NCBI GenBank assembly: GCA_964360965.1
Contig: CAYHYM010000007.1
Location: 1 to 25,022 of the forward strand
Length of the DNA: 25,022 nt
Source of the DNA: an uncultured Gammaproteobacteria bacterium
GTDB lineage: Bacteria; Patescibacteriota; Microgenomatia; Daviesbacterales; UBA10151
Direction of reading: 5' to 3'
Shown here: piece after piece, positions 22,444 through 25,022 of the stretch
How positions within the stretch are numbered: position 1 is the stretch's first letter
How the letters are laid out: each line of letters starts with the position of its first letter
The notes under the pieces: model-generated
What the model was told of the DNA's origin: nothing
Seen by the model: only the letters and a program-made list of their open reading frames with translations
Database searches by the model: none
Program-made: the position numbers and the translations under genes

Positions 22444-25022
22444 TTAACTTTCTAGTTTAGCCCTTTCAGGACTTGTTGGTATTAAACGTCCAATTATAAC
22501 ATTTTCTTTAAGTCCAATTAACTTATCCACCTTCCCTTGCATCGCAGCATCTGATAACACTGATGTTGTTTCTTGAAATGAGGCAGCAGAAAGGAAACTC
22601 TCAGTTTGAAGTGAAGCCCTGGTGATGCCCAAAATTACTATCTCTGCTGTTGACGGTTCTCCTCCGCCTGCCAAAACCCTTTCGTTTTCTTCCTCAAATC
22701 TTAATTTATCAACTGTCTCCCCAGGCAGTAAATTAGTATCTCCGGCTGATTCAATCCTGACCTTATCCGACATTTTTTTAACAATCACTTCAAAATGCTT
22801 CTCATGAATTGATACCCCCTGTGACACATAAATATTTCTTACCTCATCTATAATATAGCATTGTGACATTCGAAGTCCTTTAACTCTTAAAAGCTCCTTA
22901 ACATCCAAATGGCCGGAGGCCAGTATTTGACCGGCCTGAATCAACTGTCCATCCTCCACCAGTAAAGAAGCAGAGATTGGCACTAAATATTCACGTTCCT
23001 CGTGAGGTTTTTGGGTTGTTCTGACCTTAATTTTTATTCCTGCATCTGCTGTTTCCTCAATAGTCACCTTGCCTGCAATCTCTGATAGGGGAGCAGTAAT
23101 TTTTGGTGTTCGCGCCTCAAACAGCTCTTCTACTCTGGGAAGACCTTGGGTAATATCAACACCGACAATTCCTCCAGTATGGAACGTGCGCATTGTTAAT
23201 TGTGTTCCCGGCTCACCTATTGCCTGCGCCGCCACAACACCTACCGGAATACCGATTTCAACCGGTTGCCTGGTGGTTAAATCAAAACCATAACAAAAAG
23301 AACAAACACCATATTTTGCCTGACAAGTTAGCGGGCTTCGCACCAAAATTTTCTCCACCCCTCCCTTCATTATCTGTTCAATTTGTTCTTCCCTCAGATA
23401 ATCACCTTCTTTTGCTATCACGTTTTTGGTCTTTTGGTCTATTATTTTCTCTAAAGTCCTTCTACCCAAAAATCTGTTTACCATTGTTTGGAACTTTTCA
23501 TGGCTTACTTCCAGAGTAATTCCCTCAGGAGTTTTACAATCTTCGCTTCTGATGATCACATCATGAACCACATCCACCAAACGCCTTGTTAAATACCCCG
23601 CGTCTGCTGTTTTTAAAGCCTTGTCAGCCACGCCCTTTCTGGCACCCCTGGCTGAGGTAAAATACTCAAACACAGAAAGACCTTGTCTGTAATTTGATTT
23701 GGTAGGAAGTTCAACAATCTTACCTGTAGGATCAACTGAAAAACCTCTCATACCTGAAAGTTGTTTAATCTGTTCAGAAGAAGCTCTGGCACTACCTGAA
23801 TCAGCAATGATTTTCACCGGATTGTCACTCTCCAGCAGTTGCCAAGTCAATTTGTAAATTTCTTCTGTAATTTTAATCCACACTTCTTGAGTTAGCATTC
23901 TCTTTTCATCCTCAGTAATTAAACCTCTCTTCAAATTATTTTCAATCCCTGAAACTTCTTTATCGGCTGCGGCGATTAATTTATCTTTTTCTTCCGCAAT
24001 CTTATTGTCGAAAATGCCTACGGAAATGCCGGAAATGGTTGCGCCCCAAAAACCCAAATCTTTAATATCATCAATTAGTGATATTACAATCTGGCGATCA
24101 AATTTATTAAAAGCATCCATGGTAATTTTTTTTATAAAGGCAGCGTTGACATTCTCATTAATAAATCTTAGCTTAAGCGGTAAAATATTGTTAAAGATTA
24201 GCCTCCCTGCCGAAGATATAATAATTTGGTTGTCCATTTTTATTTTTATCCTCTGCCTTAATTTCAATTTGTTATTATAGAAAGCAAGCAATGCTTCTTC
24301 TGGCAAGAAGATTTTCTCTTGAGGATCTATACTTTCATCAATTGAGGTAATATAGTATATCCCCAGCGCCATCTCTCTGTTGGGAAGTGTCACAGGTGAA
24401 CCGTCCGCAGGTTTTAGGATATTTTCCTGAGCCATCATCAATTTTTTAGCTTCTTCCTGAGCCTTTTGGGACAGTGGCACATGAACCGCCATTTGGTCAC
24501 CGTCAAAATCAGCATTAAAACCTGCGCAAATACAAGGATGTATGGCAATGACATTGCTATCCACCAGAACCGGATAAAAGGCTTGTATACCCAGTCTATG
24601 CAGTGTGGGGGCACGGTTAATAAGAATCGGGTGATTTTCTATAATCTCCTCTAAAATATCCCAAACTTCTGCTGATCTATGATCCAGCACATTTTTAGCT
24701 CCTTTAACATTTGAAGACAAACCTCTGGCAATAATCTCTCTTAGTACAAAAGGCTTAAACATCTCCAGCGCCATCTCCTTGGGTAAACCCACCTGATTAA
24801 GGCGAAGTTTAGGTCCAACCACAATCACAGATCTTCCTGAATAATCAACTCTTTTGCCCAAAAGATTTTGTCTAAATCTGCCCTGCTTACCTCCTAGCAT
24901 ATCCGATAAGGAGCGGAGATTGCGTGCTGCTGCCCTTCTGGTGGTGGGTTTTGAAGATGTATCTATTAAACTATCTACTGCCTCCTGCAACATCCTCTTT
25001 TCATTTCTTAAAATTATTTCCG
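22444..25022 (-). CDS. rpoC: DNA-directed RNA polymerase beta' subunit, C-terminal roughly 859 codons; the 5' end lies beyond the right edge
   Basis: The frame is open to the window edge. It contains the catalytic [16 protein letters not shown], the bridge helix ([25 protein letters not shown]) and the trigger-loop region ([17 protein letters not shown]). The stop lies one nt before the rpsL ATG. Confidence 0.97.
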   Translation of the reverse strand, partial: EIILRNEKRMLQEAVDSLIDTSSKPTTRRAAARNLRSLSDMLGGKQGRFRQNLLGKRVDYSGRSVIVVGPKLRLNQVGLPKEMALEMFKPFVLREIIARGLSSNVKGAKNVLDHRSAEVWDILEEIIENHPILINRAPTLHRLGIQAFYPVLVDSNVIAIHPCICAGFNADFDGDQMAVHVPLSQKAQEEAKKLMMAQENILKPADGSPVTLPNREMALGIYYITSIDESIDPQEKIFLPEEALLAFYNNKLKLRQRIKIKMDNQIIISSAGRLIFNNILPLKLRFINENVNAAFIKKITMDAFNKFDRQIVISLIDDIKDLGFWGATISGISVGIFDNKIAEEKDKLIAAADKEVSGIENNLKRGLITEDEKRMLTQEVWIKITEEIYKLTWQLLESDNPVKIIADSGSARASSEQIKQLSGMRGFSVDPTGKIVELPTKSNYRQGLSVFEYFTSARGARKGVADKALKTADAGYLTRRLVDVVHDVIIRSEDCKTPEGITLEVSHEKFQTMVNRFLGRRTLEKIIDQKTKNVIAKEGDYLREEQIEQIMKGGVEKILVRSPLTCQAKYGVCSFCYGFDLTTRQPVEIGIPVGVVAAQAIGEPGTQLTMRTFHTGGIVGVDITQGLPRVEELFEARTPKITAPLSEIAGKVTIEETADAGIKIKVRTTQKPHEEREYLVPISASLLVEDGQLIQAGQILASGHLDVKELLRVKGLRMSQCYIIDEVRNIYVSQGVSIHEKHFEVIVKKMSDKVRIESAGDTNLLPGETVDKLRFEEENERVLAGGGEPSTAEIVILGITRASLQTESFLSAASFQETTSVLSDAAMQGKVDKLIGLKENVIIGRLIPTSPERAKLES

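Noticed and set aside
1643-24654. All other plus-strand ORFs in the track that lie inside minus-strand genes (for example 1643-1825, 2093-2398, 6900-7118, 8782-9075, 10701-10883, 10947-11387, 11225-11590, 12295-12787, 13413-14326, 14636-14902, 15407-15661, 16675-17439, 20596-21588, 22622-24654)
   Set aside because: Each lies antisense to a confidently identified conserved gene. Their products are Phe/Leu/Ser-rich, as expected from the complement of Lys/Glu-rich coding sequence. None has motifs or start signals.
1-25022. CRISPR arrays, IS elements, integrases, prophage genes, or flanking direct repeats that would mark the fusA-tuf insert as a mobile element
   Set aside because: By eye I found no repeat-spacer periodicity, no transposase- or integrase-like ORF, and no direct repeats bracketing 17620-19070. 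I cannot exclude short target-site duplications without a computational repeat search.

Overview
This is a visibly AT-rich, very compact bacterial window. Almost the whole minus strand is one co-directional translation/transcription array: rpoC (5' end off the right edge)-rpsL-rpsG-[Gre-factor N-domain-only ORF]-fusA-[ORF115] ... [three mini membrane-protein genes]-tuf-rpsJ-rplC-rplD-rplW-rplB-rpsS-rplV-rpsC-rplP-rpmC-rpsQ-rplN-rplX-rplE-rpsN(type Z)-rpsH-rplF-rplR-rpsE-rplO(62 aa only)-secY-adk-map-infA-rpmJ-rpsM-rpsK-rpsD-rpoA-rplQ-rplM-rpsI. Left of it lie a convergent plus-strand membrane protein, tRNA-Pro(GGG) and the start of an EEP-family nuclease/phosphatase gene. Many neighbouring genes overlap start-to-stop (ATGA, TAATG, TGATG). 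Standard stop codons, including TGA, are used. L30 is absent and several r-proteins are truncated or carry tails, which fits a streamlined uncultivated lineage such as CPR/Patescibacteria, but that is inference only. The most unusual content is a roughly 1.4 kb orphan module between fusA and tuf, which are normally adjacent. It holds ORF115 (start-stop coupled to EF-G), an acidic 180-aa gene on the opposite strand that overlaps ORF115 convergently, and three coupled mini membrane proteins, two of them clear paralogs. Other notable items are a stand-alone GreA/GreB N-terminal coiled-coil ORF between rpsG and fusA, and a uL15 cut to its N-terminal 62 aa. There are also four near-consensus sigma70-type promoters inside the array, three of them followed by hairpin or U-tract leaders. 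No database search or folding calculation was possible. All family calls rest on motifs recognised by eye and on conserved gene order.
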